From: Podarcis liolepis | Taxonomy: Eukaryota | NCBI GenBank assembly: GCA_965112155.1 | Contig: OZ218103.1 | Length of the DNA stretch: 64,000 nt | Reading direction: 5' to 3' (one strand) | Part shown: in pieces, positions 1-11,766 of the stretch | Layout: each line of letters starts with the position of its first letter | Position numbering within the stretch: the first letter of the stretch is position 1 | Program-made: the position numbers and the translations under genes | Notes under the pieces: model-generated | Databases searched by the model: none | What the model was told of the DNA's origin: nothing | Seen by the model: the letters and a program-made list of their open reading frames with translations, nothing else

Positions 1-1909
1 TGTGGGAAAAGAGCCAAGGCTCAAAAGCAGGGCCATACCTTAAAAACCATATTCTCCTGGCACTCATCAATAAAACATTCTAAAATTGCCTTTGCAGCAT
101 CACCTAAGTGGAACTGCACCTCGCTGAGACTTCTGTTCAAATTTGTGCACGGGATAATATATTATTGTAACTTCCTCTATCATACTGATAAAACTCTGCA
201 CAATACCTTTTCTGAATGAAAAGCAGACGAGTGCTGACAGCAACCAGTTTTGTACTGTTTTCCCTTCATTATTATTCTCTCTCTTTTTTCATTAGAGATA
301 AAGTTCCCAAGCAGATAAACTACTGAATATAACTCCAGTGATTGAAACTGACTTCAGCCACCAATATCCTTAATAAATATGCATTGCAAACGCATTTTGC
401 TTATACCCCCCTCTCCTCTGATTCACATCAGGGAACTTTTAACTTTGCCATTATTTGGATCCAGATTTGTCAAGTTTCCATCTGTAATTATAAAGGTAGA
501 GGAGGGGTGCGTGGGGGGTGGGGACATTTGCAATTCATGGCATGACTGTTTGGCAGTGAAAACGTGCCCTTTAAAAAATTCATTTTAAAATGCCGAAACG
601 CATGTTAAGTTACAGGCAAAGTTTCAGAGCTGATGTTATACAGTAGCCAATAAATTCTATAAAGTGATAGTCACAAGCCATGCTCCCAGTGTCTAAGTTT
701 ATCCTCTGTATCTAAGCACAGAAGAGGTCTTAGTATTCCCAAGTAAACATAATTATCTGAGCAGCATGTCTGAAACATTTCAAGTCTGATCTTCCCTGCT
801 TCTAGCCAAATAGGTTTGGAACTGATGCAAAAGGAAGAGGGGAAAAGCAGAAGAGAAAAGTTGACTTACTGCAAGCAGTTGGTCTGAAGTTGGTCTGAGA
901 TGGCACCATGATTAAGCATCCATCAAGTTACTTTAGCAAATGTGCTGATGGTAACTTTTGGTGGGGCTGTCCAGAACAATGCTTGGAATGTATGCATGGA
1001 AGTTTCCTTAACATTGCCTGATCAGTGCAACCGGAGCCAGTGCAACTTGCTTTAGCAAGAATCAGTGCACAGATGCTGGGCATTACTTATGCATATTCTT
1101 TGTGCTGTAGCAGCCCTCCCAGAAGTTACACAGTTTGTTTTCATGACACTTTAGAAGTTTTGCTTTATTTTGCTTTATTTCTAGTGAAATGATGTGATGC
1201 TGTGGAAGGCGGAATGCTTTCCAGCCGAGAATGTAGCTACAGCAGGAGCTGCTGGCTGCAAAAATAGCCACAGGTCTGTCTACGTGATGCGGGAAGCAAA
1301 GCTAACCGATAGCTCACAATCACCTTCTCGACATTTTAATAGGCACCATTGGGCAGACTGTTGCATAATACATCTATCTGAATGGTGCCAAATGGTCAGG
1401 TGGGCTGCTTTTAATTGCTGGTCATTGCATGAAGCACAAGATTCCCACTGCCAAAGTCAATGGCCTGAAGTGGTGCAATGCTGGGAAGAGGGAGCTTGAA
1501 CTGCTATTGCATGTTTGTTCTCCAGTGCTAGTAAACAACCAGGACGCCATCAGAGCATCTCACCTATGCTTGCCCTAAAAACCTGGTGCTGAATGCAGAC
1601 AACCAGTGTTCACCTATAATTGTATCGTTTGTACAATTGCATGAAATTAATGGATGGAGAGCAGCAACAGTGACTTGTAGGTTCAGCCCAATAAAACATA
1701 TTGATATTTCTCTGCTTTTGTGGGACTTATGTGCACGAGGTGTAAACTAGCTTCTGACTGGCAACCTGGCTCACTTGTCTTGATAGGTCGCTGTGCAGGC
1801 CTTATAAAACTTGAAGTAGTTGCACATGTCAGGTTGTTGAAATGCAATTAAACCAGCTTGGTTTCTGACCTCAATTCAAAATACTTCTGCATATCTGTCA
1901 AGCCCTACA

Positions 1910-2569
1910 CATACCACTCAACCGTCCTGCTTTAAATGGGACATCCTGGCACTGCAGAAGCCACCCTGACTTCTGATTCCATCCCATGATATCCCATTTT
2001 GGTTTCCATGCTCTAGCAGAGCACAGGACCAAAAGATTCACGTTTTTTGGTCCCACTCTCTGATGTGAGTTAGTTGGCTCCCACCAGGGTGCACAACCAA
2101 AAGACACACATTTTGGGGGTGTCACGCTCTCACCTTGGGCATGTGAATCACCCCTTCTCTTCTTCCTCCTCTTGCCCAAGTGGCACCAGCTTCCAGAAGT
2201 CTCCCTGACCTGAACTTTGGCTGGAAGGAGGTAGGAGTTGCTGCAGTCCTCGTGTGTATGTTGTGGGCAGGGTAGGGGGCTGGTTAGTGGCTGTTGGGGA
2301 GGAGAGGCAAAACAGTGGCAGTGGGTGAAGCTGCATAAGGGCCTGTCAATGGGATGCTGTGGGGAGGAGAGGAAACTGAGTGAGAGGGGCTCCAGTGAGA
2401 TGGGATGGATTATTCACCAAGGTGCACAGTAGGAAGGGAGGAGGTCACTGAGCAGGATGGATGTATCTGCAGAGGGGGTGAGGAGGCAGTGGTAGGGGGC
2501 AGTGATTTTAAGTGCATTGAGGTGGCAGGTCGTGTCTCAATTTGCATCACTGGGATGTGGGAGGGTATG
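1910..2569. mobile_element. Old non-autonomous TIR DNA transposon with CATACC...GGTATG ends (hAT-like)
   Basis: Starts CATACCACTCAAC, ends GTGGGAGGGTATG; flanked by the direct repeat CCTACA (1904-1909, 2570-2575). The same termini recur at 8556-8614/10660-10848 and 58860-58897. Confidence 0.55.
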
Positions 2570-5004
2570 CCTACAAGACTTGGAATTTAGGAAATGTCTG
2601 TTGTTACAGGTGAGAGGCCTGTGGTTTTGAGGGCCAAAAGTTACCCACTCATTTAAAAAAGCACAACAATCACGACGGACACATCAAAGAGTCCAGAATC
2701 TTTCTCACAGGACAGGTGGTGGAGGAGGGATGTGGACTTATTAATGAACACTTGTGAAATTGATGCAGACTGGAAATATACAGATCCTCCCATCCTTATC
2801 TAACCTGTACTTTGCTTTGAAGTCACTTCCTCCCCCCCTGCCCTGCCCTGTCCTGCCTTGGTAATCTCTCTCAGCTTTTGACCCTCCTATGGAATACTGT
2901 TGCTCAGGGCATTCTTCTCTGTGAGGTTTAGAAGGCAAAAATGAAATAGGCTTAGAATTACTTGATCAGCCCCAGCTCAGCCAGCACCTGACATCCCTGC
3001 GTTTCTCCTTAGCATAATACCTCTTATAGAAGCTCTGCATGCTATTCTGATTGCTTTGGGGAAGCCTACACAGGCAGACACTTAATGGGGCCTTGATGTG
3101 ATTTATCATATCCTGAAACACCGCTAGAAGAAGAAACTGAAAGATTATACAGACCTGATGAAGGGAACGGAAGAGAGAGTGCCCAATGGGATTCTAGGCC
3201 CCAAACACAACAGGCTAGACAGCCAGTAGAAGGTGATTAAAGCCATTAATTACAAAATCCAGGCTGAACGGATTTCAGATAATAGTGCATATTTTTGAAA
3301 CATAAAGTTGTGCAGGTTTGGAAATCTGTCCATGTGGACTGCCCATTAATGATAATGATAAGCATCTGGAAAATCAGAAGATAGAAAATGCAGGCTAACA
3401 AAACAAAACATTTTCCCACCAGAATTTATTGCTGATTTTATTCACATTAATATGTTTATTATACCACTGCTGGCCCTGACATCTTCCAAACATTTTTGTG
3501 ATCCACTCTAGATCCATATTAGACTGCTCAGTTGACTATCAGCTCCACATTCAATCTGAGCAGTCCAAAAAACTCCCAAATATTACAAGGGACTATGAAA
3601 AGAATAAAACAACAAAATGTAGTGGTGTGAATCAACCCAAAGAAACCATCGATTCCCACCAGTTCTGAAGAGCCTGTCTCAGAATGGACATCCTCAGTAG
3701 AGAACACTGGGTCTGTTGGACCATTGAATGCCAGTATGTGGATCCCGCGTATCGTAGTGCTGGGGTTTACACAAACCCTGATGGGAACCCCAGGATGCCA
3801 GCTCTAAAAGACATCCCAGTAAATGTCCTCCAAAACCCCAGGAACAATGTCACCAACAGTCCTGAAGGGAGGCAAACCCCACATGGCAGAGCACCTGCCT
3901 TAGAAGATGCATCCTTCCTGTTCCTAGCACTTCTTCAAAAGAAAGGGGTTTGAGTAATGTATGCCTAGGATAGGCCCCTCAAATGCACCAGGAAGGAATG
4001 CAGTTGCAGAGTCAACTATAATCTCATTCATTCGTTGCTCAGATCTTACAAGAGCAATACATTTTCTTGTCCCTGCTTCTTGTCTGGAGCCTTGGGCCCC
4101 CTCTGCTGTCTCTGCAACCCTGTCCTGGAACTTGGGTCTTGCCCTGATCATATGTCCTACAGGTAGATGGGGAGTTCGTGGTTCCTAACTCCAACACTGT
4201 TGTGAACAGAATACTCCTGGCAAAGTACTTAGCATTTGCATGAGAGTTGTGTGCAAATTCTCCACCCTATTTGTGGGAAGAGAAATTCACCAAATTTCCA
4301 CCATTAGTGGTGGCTGCAGTGAAGCTTTCTTTTTTCTTTCTCTTTCGCTGTCATTGACAAAGGCAGCAGCAGCAAGTGAATTGTCAGCCTGGTCACCAGT
4401 TCACCCAGATCTAGCATCGTTCGCGGGCATTGGGAGGGGCTATGCCAAAACTGCATCCATAACCCAAACATGGTGAATATTGAGGGGCAATTCTGCAAAG
4501 TGGTCTTTTTGTAGAGAGTGAGCAAAAGAACAATCTCACGGGGGGGGGGGGAGATTGCATTCTGTGAATTGTTGACTCTGCTTTAATACAGATTTCAGCC
4601 TTCATCTTCGAAAGCACTGTCCGCTGGGTCTCAATAAGAAGTCTTAGTTGTTCCTGCTAAGAGTGATCCACATGTACTTCACCAACTCCATTTTAAGCAT
4701 TCCCTTACCTAGGAGGAATGAGAAGAGTTTTACAAGGGATTGCTTGCTAACTATGTCCATGAGCAATGCTGTGTCTGCAGGGAGCAAACATATTTCTTCA
4801 ATGGTCCATTGCTCAACATTAGTCACAGACATTAATTTTGACTGTTTATAGAGTGTGTTGCCATAACAAAGTCAGGCACACAGGACCGGACAATCATTCA
4901 TCATTTTTTTCTGCTACCGGTCAGATTGATACTTTCCTTTTTTAATGTTGTGTAGACAGTAACATCCATGCTGTTTCCCATTTCACTTAGATGGTAGGAA
5001 AGAG

Positions 5005-5262
5005 GGGAGAGCTCTCTTGTGCTCAGGTCCTGCTAGAGCAGCCTTTCTCAACCTGTGGGTCCCCAGATGTTGTTGAACTACAACTCCCATCACCCCTAGC
5101 TAGCAAGGCCAGAGCTCAGGGATGATGGGATTTGTAGTCCAACAACATTTGGGGACCCACAGGTTGAGAACTGCTGTGCTAGAGGGTTTCCCACATGCAT
5201 CCGGGTGGCCACTCTGAGAATAGGATGCTGGATTAGATCCAACAGGCTCTTATATTCTTATG
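5005..5262 (+). mobile_element. CR1-type LINE 3' tail remnant, interrupted by a MITE
   Basis: GGTGGCCACTCTGAGAATAGGATGCTGGATTAGAT...ATTCTTATG resembles the squamate CR1 3' UTR and is contiguous across the 5039-5176 insertion. Confidence 0.55.
5039..5176. mobile_element. Palindromic hAT (Charlie-like) MITE, 138 bp
   Basis: Ends CAGCCTTTCTCAACCTGTGGGTCCCC / GGGGACCCACAGGTTGAGAACTGCTG; perfect 8-bp TSD TGCTAGAG (5031-5038, 5177-5184). Confidence 0.9.
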
Positions 5263-5510
5263 CTCTCTTTGCCTAAGGGCCTCTTTAATTATATTCAAAT
5301 GCCAGCTTCTTTAGTTCACTTCACTACCATAGTCCTGAAGGAGAAATGTCATGGCTGGGAGACACTTAGCCTAGTGAGCTGCCTCATACTGAATGTACTG
5401 AAGCCTTGGAGAGCTCAGTAAAAGTGTGCAGCATTTGTCCCTGCAACTGGCAGACAATAGAAAGTCTCTGGATTGGCCAGGCTTGGAATAAATATTAGTG
5501 GACTTCAGGA

Positions 5511-5542
5511 TCTTGCCTTGCCTTGCCTTGCCTTGCCTTGCC
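5511..5542. repeat. (CCTTG)n microsatellite
   Basis: About six tandem CTTGC units. Confidence 0.95.
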
Positions 5543-5692
5543 AAGATAGCACTTTGACTGCTTCATTTTGGATACATCCAACTATCATGGCTTCCTCCAG
5601 CTTCTCCACACCTAGTAGGACCCTCAATGTTCTCCTGGCTGTGTCCTGACATTCAATAACTGATAAGTTTACAAGCTGAAGGATCTATCTTA

Positions 5693-5765
5693 CATAGGAG
5701 CAGTGGTAGAGTGTCTGCTTTGTCATGCAGAAGGTCCCAGATTCAATCCCTGGGATTACCTCATC
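5693..5765 (+). mobile_element. tRNA-derived SINE head fragment (Squam2-like)
   Basis: CAGTGGTAGAG...ATGCAGAAGGTCCCAGATTCAATCCCTGG with A/B-box-like motifs; same family as 54870 and 56343. Confidence 0.6.
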
Positions 5766-6668
5766 TGGGCTTCAGCACAGGCCAAATCCTGCTGGGTTCA
5801 CATTGGGGACACACTTCCTCCTACCACTCCAGCCTATTCCCCAAATCCCTTCCAATGACCACAATCCTATGCATGTTTTTATATATATAGAAACATGCAT
5901 ACATGGATACTTTTATTTGTATTCCACCCTTCCACAGTCCAACCCATGCTCAAGGTAGTTTACAGCATGAAAAAAGACACATACATAGCAACATCATACT
6001 AAAAGTAGTCATAAACAATAAACAAAACAACATGGACCTCTTGGTCTCTGTCTCTGGCCCTCACTTCTCACTAGACCTGCTCCACAAGTGCTTTTGCTGA
6101 GACTTGCCCTTGAAATGTAATGCTTCTTGCTTTGATGATGGAGATATAGTATGTGTAAAAGCTCACTTTGTAAAAGCTCACTGTGATCTGCTCACTTTTG
6201 GCCCTGGTTTTCCCCACTACCCGTCTGTGGCTCCTGGAAAGGTGCCCACAAGGGAATAAGGCCTATGGGTTGGAAGGGTTTAGAGATTACAAACATCCTT
6301 CAGTTATATGAAGCTAATATCCCAGAAGCGGAATGTGTATTGCCAAGGGCATAACAAAGGACTCTAACATTTTTTCCTACATTCAATTTCACACTGTGAT
6401 GGAAAAAGAATAAACATCACACATGAAAAGTGGCACAGGGATTCATTTTGTCCTGAGTACATAGATGTGGAATCTTTGCATCCATCCTCATCTATGTACA
6501 GCATGGTAAAATTGCCTTTTGCTTAGCTTTTTACACAAATATATTTTCATATTTCAAAATATGTTGTGTGTTGCCACTTCAGATATGGCAATTCTGGGAA
6601 GAGCTTTCGTGCAGGAAATATCCTATGCAATGATTATAATGTTGGTGTGTTTTATTGTGTATAAGCTT

Positions 6669-6890
6669 GAGAGCAGTCAGTGTGTCGGACTAGACCTTGG
6701 GAGACCAGGTTTCGAATCCCCACTCAGCCATGAAGCTAATTTGGTGACTTTAAGTCAATCACAGTCTCTCCTCCTAACCTACCTCGCAGGGTTCTTGTGA
6801 GGATAAAAATGGAGGAGAGGGAACTAGGTATGCCACTTTGAGCTCCTTGAAGGAAAGGCAGGATATCAATATACCAATAAATAATAAATA
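6669..6890 (+). mobile_element. Older tRNA-derived SINE (Squam3A-like)
   Basis: B-box-like GGTTTCGAATCCC, core CCTACCTCGCAGGGTTCTTGTGAGGATAA, AT-rich (TAAA) tail. Confidence 0.7.
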
Positions 6891-8193
6891 TATAGGTATA
6901 CAGGTAGGAAGTCAGATCAGGCACACTTTCCAGATTATGTTCACACAGCAAAATCCATGCATATATTAGTGGGCCTCACTGTTCACCTGCCTTCCCAACA
7001 CTGAGCATCACTGTCAGTTCCTAAAAGAGGGAGGGACAAGGCATGGGGAGCTCAGTATACTGCATGCCTGGTGGCAGAGCTGATCCAAGACCCCAGTCAC
7101 AGCTCTCACATTGCACTGAGCTCCCTGTGCCTTGCCCTTTCACCTCTCAGTGATGCTCAGCGCTGGAAAAGCAGGTGTGCAAGGCTGACCTCCCTGAGCT
7201 ATCCCACCAACCACCTGTGTGGGGGTGATTGCCTGGCTGCACCAGGAAATGATGTGTTTCCCTAAATATTATAGGACAGTGGGATCCGATCCCGTCTTGT
7301 CCTGTCCATCCATCAGTCATCCGTTAGAAGGGCATGATAAGAAAAGTGTTGCATCTATGGATTGAAGCCTGTCCATCCTACTTATTCATGCCATGAGCAA
7401 AATAGTGACAATTTTTACATTGCCTCCTATTTATTTAAGAAGGGCTTTCAGATATCAGACCTAACATTTTCTTTATAGAACTTCTGCAAATGTCATTCAG
7501 CTCTTTGCTCTCCATGACTACATCCTAAAACAGCAAGGAACTGACAAATTGATTATACTAGAACTGTGCTGTTGCAACATTGGTCTTTGATGAATGGCAC
7601 AGCTCTCTGGGAGTCAAGGGACTCATTCCATCTCTGCAGCCGCTACAACTTAATGAATGACAGAGTGGTGCCCACCTTCATTTTATTTATTTCCCTTCCT
7701 GTGGATGTTCTCTGAACTAGCCTATGCTCTCTTAAAAATAAAAGGAAAGGGTTGATACAAGGCTATCTCCTCCTAGGGCACAGCTGGGAAACCTCCAGCC
7801 CACAGGCCTTACTTAGCCCACCAAAGCTTCCCAGTTTGCCTGCGAGGCAATTTCGGCCAAGTCACACCCACTTGCCCTACATCTGATGTCACATGTGAGG
7901 CACAGAAAGCTGGGGTTTGGATGGAAGGAGCTTTGCAGGTACTGCCTATAAGCTGATTGATGGTGCCTGCAAAGCCCCTTGCACAGTGCTTTCCACACAC
8001 TGACTATCAGCTAATGGTTAGCAGTTTGATTTCAAACCATGAGGTTACCATGGGCCACCTGGTATCATTTGCGACATTAGATGAATGACAAGTGGGCAGC
8101 CCTGATCCATGGGTGGGTGTGGAGATAAGGATCTGTCCAGCCTGCCAGATCCAGTTTTCCACCATTATCCTTGGGATCAGTCAAAAGGTTGTA

Positions 8194-8551
8194 CAGTGGT
8201 GCCCCGCAAGACGAATGCCTCGCAAGATGAAAAACTCGCTAGACGAAAGGGTTTTGCGTTTTTTTGAGCTGCTTCGCAAGACGAATTTCCCTATGGGCTT
8301 GCTTCGCAAGACGAAAACGTCTTGCAAGTTTGTTTCCTTTTTCTTAACACCATTAATACAGTTGCAACTTGACTTCGAGGAGCAACTCATAGAACGTGGT
8401 GTGGTAGCCTTTTTTGAGGTTTTTGAAGACTTTGGTGATTTTTGAAGCTTTTCCAAAACTTTCCCGACACCGTGCTTCGCAAGACGAAAAAATTCGCTAG
8501 ACGAAAAAAAACTCGCGGAACAAATTAATTTCGTCTTGCGAGGCACCACTG
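8194..8551. mobile_element. Tc1/mariner (Tigger/pogo-like) MITE
   Basis: TIRs CAGTGGTGCCCCGCAAGACGAA / TTCGTCTTGCGAGGCACCACTG; TA at both ends; internal repeated CGCAAGACGAA motifs. Confidence 0.9.
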
Positions 8552-9059
8552 TATTCATACCCTCCAACTGACCCATTTTAAACAGGACATCTCAAATCAC
8601 AGAAGCCAATCCCAGACAATAGATCCTGTTTGGCTTTGCTGAACTCAGAGCGTTGCAAGCAAAGAACCAAATACTTGCAGATAAAGTTACATCATGCAAG
8701 GGAGTGTATTCAGAAAGGACTCATTCAGGTGTCCTACATGTCAGGAAACGAAATTCCTGCAGATCTGTTGTCTAAGGCAGTGTTTCCCAACCTTTTTTGG
8801 GCAAAGGCACACTTGTTTCATGAAAAAAATCTCGAGGCACACCACCATTACAGCCCCGTGACGTCAGCGCGCAGAGTCACGCCGGGAGGGACATGAATTG
8901 CTAGCAAATTACATAATCACCTCCTTGAGGGCTGGCTCATCTTCTCCGAAGGCAGAACCCCATTAATTAACAGCACAGACTCACACCATAGCCAAGACGA
9001 GGGGGGAAAACCTCAGTCATGCACAGTCATGCACATGTGGGGGCTAAATGAGGACGAAG

Positions 9060-9235
9060 ACCGGGCAGAGAGCAGGGTTCAAATCACCCCACCTGGCCAG
9101 GACAATCCCTGGGTGCTCCCTTGGGCCACTCGCCTGACCCACCTCGCAGGGCTGTTGTTGCGAGGATAACACGGGGAGAACCGCGCGCGCCCCCGGGAGC
9201 TCCTTGGAGGAGAAAGCGGGCGATGAATGCAATGC
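9060..9235 (+). mobile_element. GC-enriched SINE remnant inside the hAT cargo
   Basis: B-box GGTTCAAATC (9076-9085); CCCACCTCGCAGGGCTGTTGTTGCGAGGATAA...GAGCTCCTTGGAGGAGAAAG is colinear with the SINE at 6669-6890. Confidence 0.65.
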
Positions 9236-9259
9236 ACGAAATATATGAGAGGCGACCAG

Positions 9260-10010
9260 GTTTTGCAGGTGAGGGGCCCCCGCCAGCCTCCGCTTCCAAC
9301 ACCCGGCGCAACGACGCCGAAGTTTCCCCCGGGCTCGGCTCGGGGAGCAGCGCTGCTCCCCGCCCCGGCTCCCCTTCGCCCTCCCGGCTCTGGCTCTCTC
9401 TGCCGCCCACTGGGGACCCCCCTCACCTGCCAAGTCCGGAGCGCCGGTGGAAGTTGCATGCATGCATGCAGGGCGCTGCGTTGCCATTGCATTGCACTGC
9501 ACTCCATGCAACGCCTGCACGCATGCATTGCCTTGCACGCACGCCAAGGGGGTCTCCCCGCGGTCCGATGCGTCCCCTCCAGCGCGGATGCAGCATTGCA
9601 AAAATAAAAAAACCCCGACGCAGCCCTACCTGGGGGGCAGCCTCTGCCTCCGCCGCTCCGCCTCCGCGGGGATCCCCGGGCTCCATCCTGCCGCCCGATC
9701 TCCGCGGGGGCGCAGGCAGGCTGCGCGGGGTCTGCGCGGAAGAGCCCCTGCCCGCCCGGCCACGCTGGGAAACGTAGTTCGCGCACCCCGCGCGGGCGCG
9801 GAGCCCAGGGGCGAGGGGACTACGGATCCCGGCAGCCCCCGCGCCGGGGACGGAGGGGGAGAGGCCAGGTGCAGGGATGGAGGGACGGGTGGGCGAGCGA
9901 GTGAGTGAGTGGCAGCCGCCAAGCCTTGGCCGAGAGCCAGGAAGGGCCTCCCCGGAGGAGGAGGAGGAGGGAGGCGCAGAGCGGGAGGGAGGGAGGGAAC
10001 CCCAGGGGTC
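9260..10010. promoter_or_regulatory. CpG island with two divergent ZNF143/THAP11-type (ACTACNNNTCCCR) motifs; cargo of the hAT element
   Basis: Very high GC and CpG density. Motifs: GAACTACGTTTCCCAGCGTG on - (9761-9780) and GGACTACGGATCCCGGCAGCCC on + (9817-9838). Confidence 0.55.
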
Positions 10011-10234
10011 ATCTAGTGACGGTGCCCCAATCGAAAATTTGACTTTTTTAAAAAAAAAAATCTTTCGCATTTTTTAATTTTTCCCGCGGCACACCAGGCA
10101 ACATCTCGCGGCACACTAGTGTGCCGCGGAACAGTGGTTGGGAAACACTGGTCTAAGGCTGTTAACAGAGAACAACTTAAGGTTTATGTACAAAGGTTGC
10201 AATTGGGTTGAACCACAGGTACTACAGGTTACAC

Positions 10235-10659
10235 GGAAAGGGGGAGGATGTTAGGATATAGTTCCGTTCCACCTTAAAAGGAACAGGCATGACTGTTGTG
10301 TGTCACATGCCTGTTTACATTCCAGCACAGCTTGCTGGGAACTTCCGTTTGTATATTGCTTTTGCTATACTGCTGTTTGCTTGGACACGAAGGGAAGCAG
10401 ACATGTTTTTTCCTTTGTTCCTGAACTATGCTGAATAAACGCCTGTAAATAATGCTTACACATGTCTCTGTCTGCCACTTCTGTTGTGAAACGCTATTCA
10501 CTCTGCTGATAAGAGCGTGCTCAGTCTCTAAAGGCTTCTGAGGCTTGAGTTGCTGATTGATGCTGTTCTGAGAGCTGGAGTTCACTCAGCTGCCAGCTGG
10601 CGGCTGGAGCCAGCTGGGGGCCTGTTAAATGCCCCCATCTCCCCGGACACATCCCAACA
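10235..10659 (+). mobile_element. Polypurine tract (10235-10248) and 3' LTR (10249-10659) of the copia element
   Basis: GGAAAGGGGGAGGA lies immediately before TGTTAGGATAT; AATAAA at about 10434; ends ACATCCCAACA, an imperfect inverted repeat of the start, exactly where the host element resumes. Confidence 0.8.
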
Positions 10660-10997
10660 CTGTTTGCGTCCCAGGATGTCCCATTTGTTGGTCCAATGCT
10701 CTGGAACAGAAGGCACTTTGGCACTCATCAACAGCGTTATGCAAAAGTGCCAAAGGTCCAGTGCTCTGGCATGACCCTGCTGTCGTGCGCCAGTGCTGGA
10801 ATGGAAGGTGCACCCGATTTTGGGGATGAAAATGTTGGAAGGTATTGTGAGAGTTGATACATAGGCCTGTTTATTTAAGCCCTATCTGCTTGTGGATAAA
10901 CCTGTTTATGAGAGGCTCGAAATTCTGCCGTGAGCCTCCATGAGGAGCCTGCCAACTTCAGACCTGGCAGGTGATGGGGAGGTGGGAGGATTATGAG

Positions 10998-11138
10998 AAG
11001 GGTTCCCCCCCCCTCAAGCCGGAACTCACCAGAACTCAGTTCCAGTGCCTCTCAGGTGGGCACCATCGCCATTACAAGAGAACAAGGGAGGTGTTCGTGG
11101 TGAGTTCCGGCACCTCTTTTTCTAGAAAAATAGCACTG
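10998..11138. mobile_element. hAT MITE with degenerate left end
   Basis: Right end TTCTAGAAAAATAGCACTG; near-identical 8-bp TSD ATTATGAG / ACTATGAG; homologous to 41419-41557. Confidence 0.7.
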
Positions 11139-11766
11139 ACTATGAGCATTGCTCTTTTTTTGAGGCTCAACTTTTCTCTTCTGGGACTTATGAAAGTTAG
11201 TGCTTTTCAACACCAAGTGTTAGAAAATATGGGCTAAACTTGACAATGTAGTGAACATTGTCACACATAATTATACACTGAATGTATGTATACGTGTCTG
11301 AAACCTGTAATTAATTTTCACTAATTCATATAATTGTGTGAATAACTGGTAGGAATTTCTCATAATAACACAATTGTACTAATTACAATATGCTGGGATT
11401 TGTTCTTTTGTTCTCTGATAAAGTCTAATGAATAGCAACTAATTTAGACAGCACATTTCACTCAGGTCCTCCAGGGACTTGGAAAATGCTTATTTCTTTC
11501 CACATGTTTGTTGAATATGTGGTGGGGGGAGAAGGGATTGCTGTCTCTCCCTACCCCAGACTAGGAATAGGGAAGAAATCTGATTCAGCTCATAGTTAAA
11601 TGTGAGTCTACCTAATTCACATTTTCTGAAACAACACATGAACTGAACACCCAGGCATCTTTCAAAATTCACACTTCTCTTAATTTTGTAATGCCGTTCT
11701 TCAGCCAAGTAACATGTACAAAAATGCATATGCCAGAGTCAAGTGTGCATAAAAAATACATATATT

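Larger units (their letters stand above)
8778..10150. mobile_element. Non-autonomous hAT (Charlie-like) element, 1373 bp, with CpG-rich cargo
   Basis: Perfect 15-bp TIRs CAGTGTTTCCCAACC / GGTTGGGAAACACTG; perfect 8-bp TSD GTCTAAGG (8770-8777, 10151-10158); subterminal GGCACAC repeats; no transposase ORF. Confidence 0.95.
8615..10211 (+). pseudogene. Ty1/copia pol C-terminus (RNase H) fragment, split by a hAT insertion (coding parts 8615-8777 and 10159-10211)
   Basis: Removing the insertion and one TSD copy restores DNRSCLALLNSERCKQRTKYLQIKLHHARECIQKGLIQVSYMSGNEIPADLLSKAVNREQLKVYVQRLQLG*. This matches the copia RNase H motifs DNxS/A, RTKHI and ADxxTK, followed by a stop, a PPT and an LTR. Confidence 0.85.
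8556..10848. mobile_element. CATACC-family DNA transposon split by the copia insertion (arms 8556-8614 and 10660-10848)
   Basis: The left arm CATACCCTCCAAC...GAAGCCAATCCCAG joined to the right arm CTGTTTGCGTCCCAGGATGTCCCATTT is colinear with the uninterrupted copy at 1910-2020; ends ATGTTGGAAGGTATTG. Confidence 0.6.

Noticed and set aside
8194-8551. Regularly repeated CGCAAGACGAA units with spacers, superficially CRISPR-like
   Set aside because: Short, irregularly spaced motifs inside a TA-flanked MITE in a vertebrate genome; the same applies to the LTR tandem units at 36287-36400.
8582-8614. In-frame KPIP upstream of the copia DN motif, suggesting a longer RNase H
   Set aside because: These bases align with the CATACC-family transposon at 1910-1970, so they belong to the host element.
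9044-10077. Many long overlapping ORFs (up to 235 aa) on both strands
   Set aside because: GC-rich DNA lacks stop codons; the peptides are low-complexity Arg/Pro/Gly/Ala with no recognisable domain, and all lie inside a TIR element.
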